Assembly (NCBI GenBank): GCA_034521595.1
Contig: JAXHMG010000003.1
Location: 416,001-480,000, forward strand
Direction: 5' to 3'
Source: Gemmatimonadota bacterium
Lineage (GTDB): Bacteria > Gemmatimonadota > Gemmatimonadetes > Longimicrobiales > Gaopeijiaceae
DNA length: 64,000 nt
A program made the position numbers and the translations under genes. The notes under the pieces are model-generated. The model was not told where the DNA came from. It saw only the letters and a program-made list of their open reading frames with translations, and ran no database searches. The number at the start of each line of letters is the position of its first letter. Position 1 is the stretch's first letter. Shown here one piece after another: positions 26,513 through 35,977 of this stretch.

Positions 26513-28119
26513 GCGGGGCAGGCGGGACCCGGCCGGCCGGGTCGACCGGTAAGGACACGAACCCGGAAGGGCCCCAGCCCCTCGATGAGCAGGTCTCTCG
26601 GCGGTGGTTCCTGAGCCGGATGGCTTGGGTCTCCTCCGCGGCTGCGGCGGGCACGCTCTTCGCTCGTAGACCGGGGGTCGCGAGCCCGCGGGGGCCGGTG
26701 GTGACGGACGAGGCGTTCGAAGGGTCGGTGCGCTTGCAGGACGTGGGCGAGCTCACCGAGCTAACGCTCTCCGAAGCGATGACGCTCGTGCGAAACGGGA
26801 CGTTGTCGCCGGTGGATCTCGTAGAGGCCTACGTGGACCGGATCGACGCCTACGATGAGGCCTTCTACCAGGCATACGCCGCTCGACCGGATCGCGAGGA
26901 GGTGCTGGCACGGGCGGAGCGGATCCCCTCGGGAGGACGGGACGCACCGCTTCGCGGCATCGGCATCGCGCCGAAGGACAACTACTATACGGCCGATCTC
27001 CTCACCGAGGGGGGCTCGCTGGTGTTCGAGGGCTTTCAGCCGGACTACGACGCCACGGTCATCTCGCATTTCCGCTCGGCCGGGGCGGTGGTGTTGGGGA
27101 AAGCCCAGATGGGGAACCTCGCGGGTGGACGGGCGCGTCGGTATGGCACGACGACGCCGACGACCCGGAATGCATGGGTTCCCGACGACGTGCGTTATTC
27201 TCCGGGAGGCTCCTCGTCCGGAACGGCCACGGCCATAGCCGGACGTCTCGCGCTCGCGGGTGTGGGGACGCAGACGGGTGGATCCGTCATCGGGCCCGGG
27301 AACGCACAGGGGCTCACCTGCATCAAGCCCACGTTCGGTCGCATCTCGCTGCACGGCATCATCCCGTTGAGCTACACCCGGGACCATGTCGGGCCCATGG
27401 CCCGAAACGCGAAGGATGCCGCGATCGTGTTGCAGACGCTCGCTCAGCCCGATCCGCTGGATCCACGCACGCTGGGGTTGCCCCGTCCGCCCAACTACGC
27501 GCTGGCGGCCTCGCCGTTCGGAGGTGACCGGCCCCGGGTGCGTTGGCCGACACGGGTGGGCGTATGGCCCGACTATCTGTCTTCGGACGACGAGCGCACG
27601 AACGAGCTCCGGCGCGATCTGGTGGAGTACCTCGACGGCACGCCCGGCGTGACGGTCGTGCCGGACGTGACGCTTCCGGACGACTTCGAGACGCTTACTT
27701 CGAGCCCGCTGGGCGGCTCCCACGGGGACCCGACCGCGTTCTTCATCCAGCATCTGCGGCGCGACGTTCGCCTGTTCGCCGACCGGCTTCCTCGCTTCCT
27801 CAATGGCATGCTTCAGAGCGCCGATACGTACGTCAAAGTCCAACAGGCGCGGCAGCTGCTCCTCGACCGCTTGATCAGCCAGCTCTTCAACCAGTGCGAT
27901 GTGGTGCTCACGGCTTCGACCGGTGCGTTCGACGGGACCGGTCTCCCGCTCATGTGCTTTCCCATCGGATTCGACACGGACGACGAGACGGGGCGCCGGG
28001 TGCCCCGCGGCGCCGTTTTGGCGGGCGCACCTTTCGCCGAGGAACGGCTCTTGGCGGTCGTCGCGGCGTATCAGGCGGCCACCGATTTCCATGCTCAACG
28101 GCCCGAGGACCCCGCATGA
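26509..28119 (+). CDS. Amidase-signature family enzyme with a putative Tat signal
   Basis: SRRWFL followed by a hydrophobic stretch; APKDN, PGGSSSG, GTQTGGS and KPTFGRIS. Confidence 0.88.
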   Translation: MSGAGGTRPAGSTGKDTNPEGPQPLDEQVSRRWFLSRMAWVSSAAAAGTLFARRPGVASPRGPVVTDEAFEGSVRLQDVGELTELTLSEAMTLVRNGTLSPVDLVEAYVDRIDAYDEAFYQAYAARPDREEVLARAERIPSGGRDAPLRGIGIAPKDNYYTADLLTEGGSLVFEGFQPDYDATVISHFRSAGAVVLGKAQMGNLAGGRARRYGTTTPTTRNAWVPDDVRYSPGGSSSGTATAIAGRLALAGVGTQTGGSVIGPGNAQGLTCIKPTFGRISLHGIIPLSYTRDHVGPMARNAKDAAIVLQTLAQPDPLDPRTLGLPRPPNYALAASPFGGDRPRVRWPTRVGVWPDYLSSDDERTNELRRDLVEYLDGTPGVTVVPDVTLPDDFETLTSSPLGGSHGDPTAFFIQHLRRDVRLFADRLPRFLNGMLQSADTYVKVQQARQLLLDRLISQLFNQCDVVLTASTGAFDGTGLPLMCFPIGFDTDDETGRRVPRGAVLAGAPFAEERLLAVVAAYQAATDFHAQRPEDPA

Positions 28120-28182
28120 CTTCGTCCGCCACTGGCCCTTTTTAGCGAGCGCGCCGGGAGCACGCCGCTCCGTCCGGCGGGC

Positions 28183-30621
28183 TCAGGCCGTCGTCGCCTC
28201 GCCGAGAACCGTAGCGACCCGCTCCCGGAGCTCGGCGGACCGGAAGGGCTTCTGGAGGAAGCCCGCCACGCTCTCCTCCGGAGGTACGGCTTCGCCCGAG
28301 TAGCCGCTGGCCAGGAGCACCGGAATGCCGTAACCCCGATCCTTCATCTCCGAGAGCGTGGAAAGCCCGTCCCGATGCGGCATGGTGAGATCGAGGACGA
28401 TGAGATCGACTTCGTCGTGCCGCTCCGCGAGCAGCTCGAGCGCGGCATCGCCGTGCGCTGCCTCGATGACTTCGTGGCCGTCCCGTCTGAGCATGCGGGC
28501 TACCGTCTCCCGAACCACCGATTCGTCGTCCACCACGAGGATGTTCGCGGGACCGTTCCCGGACACGCGCCGCGGGGAGGCCCGCGTGTCCACGGCCTTG
28601 CTCGAGCGTTCGGACTGCGGGAGCGCGATCTGGAACCGCGTGCCCAGCCCGGCTTCGGTCTCCACTATGAGCGCGCCCTTGTGGCTCTTGAGCATCCCGA
28701 GCACCGCCGATAGCCCGAGGCCTCGTCCCGTGCCCTTCGAGGAGTAGAACGGATCGAAGATCTGACCGACGGTCTCGGGGTCCATTCCGATGCCGTCGTC
28801 CTCTACTTCCACGATGGCGTAGTCGGTTTCCGGCAACCCCTGGGCACCGTAAGCGCGTCCGAGCCAGCGCCCGTCGCAGAACCGGGAGCCGACCCGGACG
28901 ACCACTCGTCCGGATCCGTTGCTCTCGAGCACGGCTTCGGACGCGTTCGTCACGAGGTTGAAGATGACCTGCCGAATCTGGACCTCGTCGGCGATCGCCA
29001 TCACCGGGTCGTCGGGGGTCTCGAACTCCAGGTCGACGTGCTTGCCGACCGAAAGGGCCATGAACTGACGCATGTCCCGGGTACAGGAGGCCAGGTCGAG
29101 CGGGGAGAGCATCGCGGTCGTCTTCCCCGCATAGGTGAGGAGCTGTCCGCAGAGACCCGCTGCATGCTGCGCGGCCTGGATGATTCCCTCGGCGTCGTCG
29201 CGTCCCTCGTCGTCCAATTCGGGCTGCGCCAGGAGGAGCTCGGCGTAACCCATGATGCCGGCGAGGATGTTGTTGAAGTCGTGCGCGACCCCTCCCGCGA
29301 GCACGCCCAGGCCTTCCAACTTCTGGCTGTGGAGGATCTGCTCGTGTAGGCGACGGCGTTCCTCTTCGGATTCGACGCGCTGTGTGATGTCACGAGTGGT
29401 CCATACGCGTCCCCCGCGGTCGGTGGAGCCGACCAAAGGCACGGACTCCGCCTCGAGGATCCGTCCGTCGTCCAGCCGCACTTCACCGGTGATCTTCGCC
29501 TCTTGACCGACGTCGGGGTCGAGGACCGTGGGACATGTCACGGGCCCGTCGTCCCCCGTCGGCCGCAGGCTTCGCAGAAAGGTGCCGACGTGGGCGTCAG
29601 GTGCGGGCGGGTCGGCGGGCTCCCGGCCGACGAGCTTCAGGAACGACGAGTTCACGTCCGTGACCCGCCCTACGTCGTCGGCCACCAAGATGCCTTCACT
29701 GGTGGCTTCCAGCACCGCCCGAAGACGCTGCTCTCCTCGCTGAACCTCGCGTTCCGCGAGCGTCCGTTCTCGCACGGCCGCCGTCGCGATGACCGTGGCC
29801 ACGATGGTGACACTCGCGAAGCTCCATGTCAGGAACAGGGCTTCGTTCGCGGTCCCGAACGAGAAGGGACCGCGAAGCACGAGCGCGCCCCCGATCGCCA
29901 GAACGGTGACCAGGAAGGCTCCACCCGTCGCCACGAGCGCATCGCTCCGCACGCCGGCGAGCAATAGCAGCGGGAACGGCAGGAAGAAAAGCTCGGCTCG
30001 GAGGCTGGTCGGTGGAGCCGAGAACGAAATCCAGGCCGTGATGCCGATGGCCGCCAGGAGCGCGGCGGTTTCACGCCGCGTGGCTCGGGTCAACTCTCCG
30101 TCACGGGCCCGCACGCTCAAGGCGAACGGGACGACGACGAGAATGCCCATCCCGTGCGTGAGCCACCACATCAGCCAGATTCTTCCGAAGGCTGCCGGTG
30201 GTGCCCCTCCGGTCACCACCAGCGAGGTCACGCTCAGCAACGCCGTTACCGCGGCGGCGACGCCGCATGCGAGAGCCACCAAGAGCATCACGTCTCGGAC
30301 GGTGCCGAATCTGGAGTTGAATCCGGTCTTTCGCAGCAGGAACAGGGCCAGCCAGATCTCGCCGGCGTTGGCGACTCCCGTGGCGAGCGCGTGCGTCCAC
30401 GGTGATCCGTCCGACAGGGTCGCCAGGATTGCGCCTGCAGCGACGCCCGGCCAGACGGGGAACGGGACCTGGAGCGCTACGGCCAGCGCGATCCCCGAAC
30501 CGATCCAGAGCATGCTGCTCAGGTTCGGCCCCCCGATCTGTGGGAAGGACAGCGTGGCCGCGCCGGCCGCCGCATAGGCGGCGGCCAGCGCCACGTTCGT
30601 GAGGACGGCCCGGACGTTCAT
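28183..30621 (-). CDS. Hybrid sensor histidine kinase (MASE1-PAS-HisKA-HATPase-REC)
   Basis: Hydrophobic MASE1-like N-terminus; LAGGVAHDFNN, NLVTNA, DDGIGM, FDPFYSSK, GLGLS, and receiver motifs LVVDD / DLTMP / KPF. Confidence 0.92.
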   Translation of the reverse strand: MNVRAVLTNVALAAAYAAAGAATLSFPQIGGPNLSSMLWIGSGIALAVALQVPFPVWPGVAAGAILATLSDGSPWTHALATGVANAGEIWLALFLLRKTGFNSRFGTVRDVMLLVALACGVAAAVTALLSVTSLVVTGGAPPAAFGRIWLMWWLTHGMGILVVVPFALSVRARDGELTRATRRETAALLAAIGITAWISFSAPPTSLRAELFFLPFPLLLLAGVRSDALVATGGAFLVTVLAIGGALVLRGPFSFGTANEALFLTWSFASVTIVATVIATAAVRERTLAEREVQRGEQRLRAVLEATSEGILVADDVGRVTDVNSSFLKLVGREPADPPAPDAHVGTFLRSLRPTGDDGPVTCPTVLDPDVGQEAKITGEVRLDDGRILEAESVPLVGSTDRGGRVWTTRDITQRVESEEERRRLHEQILHSQKLEGLGVLAGGVAHDFNNILAGIMGYAELLLAQPELDDEGRDDAEGIIQAAQHAAGLCGQLLTYAGKTTAMLSPLDLASCTRDMRQFMALSVGKHVDLEFETPDDPVMAIADEVQIRQVIFNLVTNASEAVLESNGSGRVVVRVGSRFCDGRWLGRAYGAQGLPETDYAIVEVEDDGIGMDPETVGQIFDPFYSSKGTGRGLGLSAVLGMLKSHKGALIVETEAGLGTRFQIALPQSERSSKAVDTRASPRRVSGNGPANILVVDDESVVRETVARMLRRDGHEVIEAAHGDAALELLAERHDEVDLIVLDLTMPHRDGLSTLSEMKDRGYGIPVLLASGYSGEAVPPEESVAGFLQKPFRSAELRERVATVLGEATTA

Positions 30622-30803
30622 CTGCGGCTCGTGGATCGCTGCGGGGGTGGGTGGGACGCTATGGGCAAGCAGGCTATCGTCGGTCCGCTCCTCGGAGAAA
30701 GCCGGCCGGCCTGACAATGCCGAGCTACGGTGGCCCGTTAGGTTGGGCCCCACGACCTTGTAGCGCCACCCGGAACGGAGATCGAGACAGGAATGAACCG
30801 TCC

Positions 30804-32720
30804 GTGACGTCGAGAACCACAGAGCACGCCCTCGCGGAGTACAGGGAGCGATGGAACCGCCACGAGGCCACGCGGGCCGCCGCCGCCGATTGGTCTCGCC
30901 GGCTGTCGAGCCTGCGCGGAGCTACCTTTCTCGTGGCGGTGGCCGCGCTCATCGCGTTCGATTTCTTCGACGGTGCCGGGGAGATCGCGGCCCTCGCCGC
31001 TTTGGCCGCCACGGTCGTCGCGTTCGTGGGACAGGTGGTCGTCCACCGGAGGATCGGACGCCGTGAGCGTTGGTCGGCAGCGCTCGCCGGGGTGGCACGA
31101 GAAGGCGTGTTACGTCTCGAACGGCGATGGGAGGACCTCGAGGCGGCCCTTCCGGAAGCGGAGCGTGTCCCCGTACCCGTGCCTCACGATCATCCGTACG
31201 CGTCCGATCTCGACGTAGCAGGTCGGGCCTCTCTCTTTCGGCTTCTCGGACCGGTCACGTCCAAGCGAGGGCGGGACACCTTGGCAACGTGGCTTCTCCA
31301 CACGGGGTCGTGCCCGGAAGCACGGCAGCGGCAGGACTCCGTTCGCGAGCTCGCGCCGCATGCCGAGCTGAGGGCCGAAGTCACCGCTCACGGCCGACTC
31401 GAAGCTCCGGACACGCTCGGGAGCCTGGAGCCGTTTCTGACCTGGGCGGAAGCCGAGCCGGTCATGCTCCGACATCCGGTTCTGCGTTGGGCTGGATTCG
31501 TGTTGCCGGTAGCTCTCCTGTCTACCGTCCTCCTTGATGTCACGCTCGCGGCCGGACCCTGGTGGCTCCTTCCGGCTGCCCTGCAGCTCTGGGTCGTGCG
31601 GAGGGCACGGCCCCTCGTGGGGCCGTCGTTCACGCCTACGGCGCCCGCTGCAGCACCGCTCCGTGCCCTGGTGCCTCAGCTTCGCGTCTTGGATCGGACA
31701 TCCTGGGAGAGTGCGGAGCTCAGGCGCGTGCGGGATGCGCTCGGATACGGACCCGACGCTGCCCATCGCGGCCTCGGCCGACTCACCCGTATCTTGGACA
31801 CCGTCGAGAGCCGGCACAATCTCGTCTACGCTGCCTTGGCTCCCGTGCTCCTCCTCGACCTGCACGTGGGGTGGGCTCTCGACCGGTGGCGGGCGCGGCA
31901 CGGTCCGCAGGTTCGGCGCTGGCTCGACGCGGCCGCCGAGTGGGAAGCCGTTTCCGCGCTGGGGACCCTCGCCCACGATCATCCCCGATGGGCCTTCCCG
32001 GAGTTGGCCGCCGAGGAATCGCCCGTGGTCCGTGCGCGCTCTCTCGGGCATCCGCTCCTCGATCCCGAACGCTGCGTGACCAACGATGTGGCGATCGGCC
32101 CGCCGGGGAGCTTCCTGCTCGTCACCGGCTCCAACATGTCGGGGAAGAGCACCTTGCTCCGCGCCGTCGGGTTGAATGCAGTGCTCGCAGGGGCCGGAGG
32201 GCCGGTGGCCGCCGACGAAGCCCACCTTCCCTGTATGCGTGTGTTCACGTCGATGCGCGTCGACGATTCGTTGGAAGAAGGGGTGTCGCTCTTCATGGCC
32301 GAGCTTCTCCGGATCCGTGGAGTGGTCGAGGCCGCCCGCACCCCCGACCCCGAAGGCCGTCCCGTGCTCTACCTTCTGGACGAGATGTTACACGGAACCA
32401 ATACCGCCGAGCGGCGGGTCGCGGCGCGCGGGGTGGTGCAACACCTTCTGGCGGCGAACGCGGTCGGCGCGGTGAGCACACACGACCTTCTGCTGGCCGA
32501 GACGCCGGAGCTCCAGGCTGCCGCGAACGCGGTCCATTTCCGCGAGCATATCGAAGGCCGCGGGCCCGACGGCCGGCCTCGGATCACCTTCGACTACCGC
32601 CTCCGTCCCGGCATCGCGACCACGCGGAATGCCCTCAAGCTCCTCGCAGCGGTCGGGCTCGATCTGCCGGACGCTTCTTCGGGGGATGCACGGGAGCGAG
32701 GTTCGGACGCGGACGCGTAG
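30804..32720 (+). CDS. Membrane-anchored MutS-related ATPase (domain V only)
   Basis: TM segments; HPYASDLD, LGHPLL, TGSNMSGKST, SLFMAEL, LLDEMLHGTN and STHD. Start approximate. Confidence 0.88.
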   Translation: MTSRTTEHALAEYRERWNRHEATRAAAADWSRRLSSLRGATFLVAVAALIAFDFFDGAGEIAALAALAATVVAFVGQVVVHRRIGRRERWSAALAGVAREGVLRLERRWEDLEAALPEAERVPVPVPHDHPYASDLDVAGRASLFRLLGPVTSKRGRDTLATWLLHTGSCPEARQRQDSVRELAPHAELRAEVTAHGRLEAPDTLGSLEPFLTWAEAEPVMLRHPVLRWAGFVLPVALLSTVLLDVTLAAGPWWLLPAALQLWVVRRARPLVGPSFTPTAPAAAPLRALVPQLRVLDRTSWESAELRRVRDALGYGPDAAHRGLGRLTRILDTVESRHNLVYAALAPVLLLDLHVGWALDRWRARHGPQVRRWLDAAAEWEAVSALGTLAHDHPRWAFPELAAEESPVVRARSLGHPLLDPERCVTNDVAIGPPGSFLLVTGSNMSGKSTLLRAVGLNAVLAGAGGPVAADEAHLPCMRVFTSMRVDDSLEEGVSLFMAELLRIRGVVEAARTPDPEGRPVLYLLDEMLHGTNTAERRVAARGVVQHLLAANAVGAVSTHDLLLAETPELQAAANAVHFREHIEGRGPDGRPRITFDYRLRPGIATTRNALKLLAAVGLDLPDASSGDARERGSDADA

Positions 32721-32799
32721 TGTCGATCGATTCGGGGTCGTGGCGACGGAACCATCCGCGTGGTGAGCGTCTCGTAGTGGTCAGTGCGCCCCGCCCTTC

Positions 32800-33287
32800 C
32801 TGTCGCAAGTGTTCGTTGAAGAAGTCGATCGTGCGTTCCTGCGCGAGGCGCGCCGCGGCTTCGTCGTAACCGGGCGTCGTGTTGTTGTGGAAACCGTGGT
32901 TGGCGCCCTCGTACATGTGCATCACGTACTCCTTGTCGTGTGCGTCCAGCGCGTCGCGAAAATCCGGCCACCCGGCGTTGACCCGTTCGTCCAGCTCGGC
33001 GTAGTGGATCATCAACGGCGCCTCGATGCGGGACACGTCCTCGGGGGGAGGCTGGGTGCCGTAGAACGCGACCCCGGCACCCAGTCGAGTTGCCGCTGCA
33101 TCTCCCTGCCTTCGTCGTCGTTGCCGGGATAGCCGCCCAAGGGCGTCAAGGCGTCGGGGCCGAGCGCTAGGAAGTCGGCCGCGGCGAGCCTGCGCACCAC
33201 GTCCTCGATATACGGGTTCAGCCCACGGTTCTCGTGGACGAGCAGCACGGCCGGCTTCGTCCCTCCACTGACGGGCCGGGCCATCAT
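32800..33287 (-). pseudogene. Dienelactone hydrolase (YghX-like) remnant with an internal deletion
   Basis: [14 protein letters not shown]...[17 protein letters not shown] switches frame at about 33084 directly into LGAGVAFYG...NHGFHN. The catalytic GxCxGG segment is absent. Confidence 0.8.
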
Positions 33288-33370
33288 GGGCCTCGCGGGC
33301 TCCCTCGACCGGGCAAGGACCGGGTGCGTGCATCAACGCCCCCGCGCCCGGGGCGATCCCCCGGGAGTGC

Positions 33371-33419
33371 TTGACTGCGGACGCAAAATGTTGTAATATA
33401 TGAAGTTACATTCATTTAT
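33371..33419 (+). promoter_or_regulatory. Sigma70 promoter with overlapping palindromic operator-like sites
   Basis: TTGACT-N17-TAATAT (33371-33399); TGTAA-N9-TTACA (33392-33410); ATGAA-N6-TTCAT (33400-33415). AT-rich patch in a GC-rich background. Confidence 0.7.
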
Positions 33420-33442
33420 AGATAGATGGACGGGAGGAGCGA

Positions 33443-33775
33443 ATGGGAAACCAGGATCGCACGACACAATTCGACCGCGCTCGGGACGAGCTTTGCAGCC
33501 ACGTCGTTCGTTGCGAAGTGCTCGAAGCGGATATGGACGATCGTCTCACGTGGCTCGAAGAGACGATGGATTATATGGGAGAGCGTTATCCGGACCTGAC
33601 GGAACTCGAGCTCGCGCAGCTCGAGCTCATCGGCCGACGTTTCGTGCAGCCGGCGATCCCGCATGGGGCGCACGCGCATGCCGCGAACCGCGATCGGTGG
33701 GAAGACGTGCCCGAAGGCGAGCGGCAGGAGGTTCCGGAGGCGGAACCCGAAGCCGACCTCGCGGGTGCGGCCTAG
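33443..33775 (+). CDS. Hypothetical acidic protein (110 aa)
   Basis: GGAGGAG SD; has its own promoter and terminator. Confidence 0.8.
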   Translation: MGNQDRTTQFDRARDELCSHVVRCEVLEADMDDRLTWLEETMDYMGERYPDLTELELAQLELIGRRFVQPAIPHGAHAHAANRDRWEDVPEGERQEVPEAEPEADLAGAA

Positions 33776-33831
33776 CACGGGCTGCTAACGTGATGGTGGC
33801 CGGCCAATGCCGGATCGCTGGCTTTTTCGAG

Positions 33832-33875
33832 AAAGGTGGGGAGGCGCTCGGCGCGCCCCCCGCCTTTTTTGTTTT
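33832..33875 (+). terminator. Rho-independent terminator
   Basis: Stem AAAGGTGGGG...CCCCGCCTTT running into TTTTTTGTTTT. Confidence 0.75.
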
Positions 33876-33893
33876 CCCTGACCCCACGAAGCC

Positions 33894-34961
33894 ATGGAAA
33901 TCCTAGCAAGGGAATACCTCGGCAACTCACTCGGCGGGTGGTTGGCCGCGCTCGCCACCGTGCTGCTCGTTTACGTGGGCCTCCGGTTCATCGCCGGCTT
34001 CGTCGTCGGTCGATTGTTCCGTCTCGCGCCGGGCACGTCGACCTATTGGGACGACGTCATCACACATGCGCTCAAGCGTACCAAGGCGTTTGCCCTTCTT
34101 GCCGTGGCGGTGTTCTCCGGCGGGTTGGTGGTGACCCTCCCGGCTCGCCTGGAGTCGCTGATCGAGCACATCGCCATCCTCGCCGTCCTCGTCCAGGTGG
34201 GGATCTGGATCAGCGCCGGGATCAAGCACTGGATCGCGGTGACGCGGGAGGCGCGAGCGGCGGAGGATGCGACGGCCGTGATGACGATGAACGTCATCGG
34301 GATCGCGGCCAGGATCGTGCTCTGGTCGATGGTGCTCTTGCTAGCCCTGGACAACTGGGGCGTCGACGTCACCGCGCTCGTGGCGGGCCTCGGTGTGGGC
34401 GGCATCGCGGTCGCGCTGGCGGCGCAGAACATCCTCGGCGACCTCTTTGCCTCGCTTTCCATCGTGCTCGACCGACCGTTCGTCCTCGGGGACTTCCTGA
34501 TCGTCGACGAGATGCTGGGCAGCGTCGAAGAGATCGGATTGAAGACGACCCGCATCCGGAGCCTGTCCGGGGAACAGCTCGTCTTCTCGAACACGGACCT
34601 GCTGAGCAGTCGGATCCGCAACTACGGGCGGATGTTCGAGCGGCGGGTCGTCTTCGAGATCGGCGTCACCTACCAGACTCCCCGCGAGCAACTGAAGGCG
34701 ATCCCGAAGATGATACGTGGAGCCATCGAGGAGCACGGAGACGAGGTCCGCTTCGACCGGGCTCACTTCAAGAAGTATGGCGATTTCGCGCTCGTCTTCG
34801 AAACGGTGTACTACGTGATGGGGCCCGACTACGCGAAGTACATGGATATTCAGCAGGCCGTCAATTTTCGTGTTCACGAGCTCTTCGAAGCGAGCGGGAT
34901 CGAATTCGCGTATCCGACCCAGACGTTGTTCGTGCGCACGAGTGCAGAAGCCGTCTCGTGA
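33894..34961 (+). CDS. mscS: MscS-family mechanosensitive channel
   Basis: LVAGLGVGGIAVALAAQ, DRPFVLGD, VEEIGLKTTRIR and GIEFAYPT. Confidence 0.92.
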   Translation: MEILAREYLGNSLGGWLAALATVLLVYVGLRFIAGFVVGRLFRLAPGTSTYWDDVITHALKRTKAFALLAVAVFSGGLVVTLPARLESLIEHIAILAVLVQVGIWISAGIKHWIAVTREARAAEDATAVMTMNVIGIAARIVLWSMVLLLALDNWGVDVTALVAGLGVGGIAVALAAQNILGDLFASLSIVLDRPFVLGDFLIVDEMLGSVEEIGLKTTRIRSLSGEQLVFSNTDLLSSRIRNYGRMFERRVVFEIGVTYQTPREQLKAIPKMIRGAIEEHGDEVRFDRAHFKKYGDFALVFETVYYVMGPDYAKYMDIQQAVNFRVHELFEASGIEFAYPTQTLFVRTSAEAVS

Positions 34962-35061
34962 CGGGCGCTCGGACGTCCCGCGGCCGCTTGCCCGGAGGGC
35001 GCCTCGTGACGATCGTCAGGGGTCCCTTCTCGCCGCCCGACCGAGCTTCGGAGGTTCCCAG

Positions 35062-35883
35062 GTGATACGCGCTTCGCTGATGTTCGTGCTGGCCATGGCC
35101 GTGCCGCTCTCGCCCGCGCTCGCGCAGACTCCGTCCGAGATCGTCGACAGGATGCTGGAGGCCTTCGAGCGCAATGCGGCTGCTGTCGAGAACTATTCGG
35201 TGGTGCAGGAGGTCATGGGGTTCGAATCCGAGCTCTACTTCGAGAAGGAGACCGTCGACGGCCGGCCGGTATTCCGCTTGCGGGGCTCGTCGTCGGGAGG
35301 GCTTCCGTCGGACATGGATGACGACGTGGGTTACACGGACGTCTATGCCGCCGCTCCGCAGCTGGTCGAGCACGCGCGCTACGGGGGCACGGAGCAGGTG
35401 CACGGTGCCGAAGCGCACGTCCTGCTGATCGACGATCTCGAGGCTCTGGACCTCGGGGCCGCCGCCGCGCCGGAAGATGCGGAGTTCCGTCCTCGTAGCG
35501 GCCGCATCCTCATCGACGCGGAAATGTGGGTGCCGCGCCGCATGGAGTTCGCCGGAGACCTCGATACGGGGAATGGCGTCGCTGAGGTCACCAGCGTGAT
35601 CGACATGCAGGACTATCGTGAGGACGAGGGCATGCTCATGCCGTACCTCACCGTCGTGCGCATGGAAGGCATGGAGGCCGCGATCGATCCGGAGATGCGA
35701 GCGGAGCTCGAGGAGATGCGCGCGCAGCTCGAGGAGCTTCCCGAAGGCCAGCGTGCCATGGTCGAAGAGATGTTCGGCGGGCGAATGGAGCAGATGGAGG
35801 CTCTGCTGGGCGGAGAAGAGGGAGCCATGACGGTGGAGATGCGGGTGCTGGAGCTCCGGGTGAACGAAGGACCACCCCGCTGA
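35062..35883 (+). CDS. Secreted hypothetical protein
   Basis: GGAGG SD; GTG start; signal peptide ending ALA-Q; acidic, Met-rich C-terminus. Confidence 0.7.
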   Translation: MIRASLMFVLAMAVPLSPALAQTPSEIVDRMLEAFERNAAAVENYSVVQEVMGFESELYFEKETVDGRPVFRLRGSSSGGLPSDMDDDVGYTDVYAAAPQLVEHARYGGTEQVHGAEAHVLLIDDLEALDLGAAAAPEDAEFRPRSGRILIDAEMWVPRRMEFAGDLDTGNGVAEVTSVIDMQDYREDEGMLMPYLTVVRMEGMEAAIDPEMRAELEEMRAQLEELPEGQRAMVEEMFGGRMEQMEALLGGEEGAMTVEMRVLELRVNEGPPR

Positions 35884-35977
35884 CGGGAAAGCCCGCGGGT
35901 AGGGCCTTCTACGGACCCCGACACCGGGCATTCCCGAATTGTCCCCGGTGCCGCAACCACCCATGTTTCTTACAGTT

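Noticed and set aside
33775..33786. 12-mer GCACGGGCTGCT shared with 43677-43688
   Set aside because: A short GC-rich match is expected by chance in 64 kb, and the similarity does not extend.
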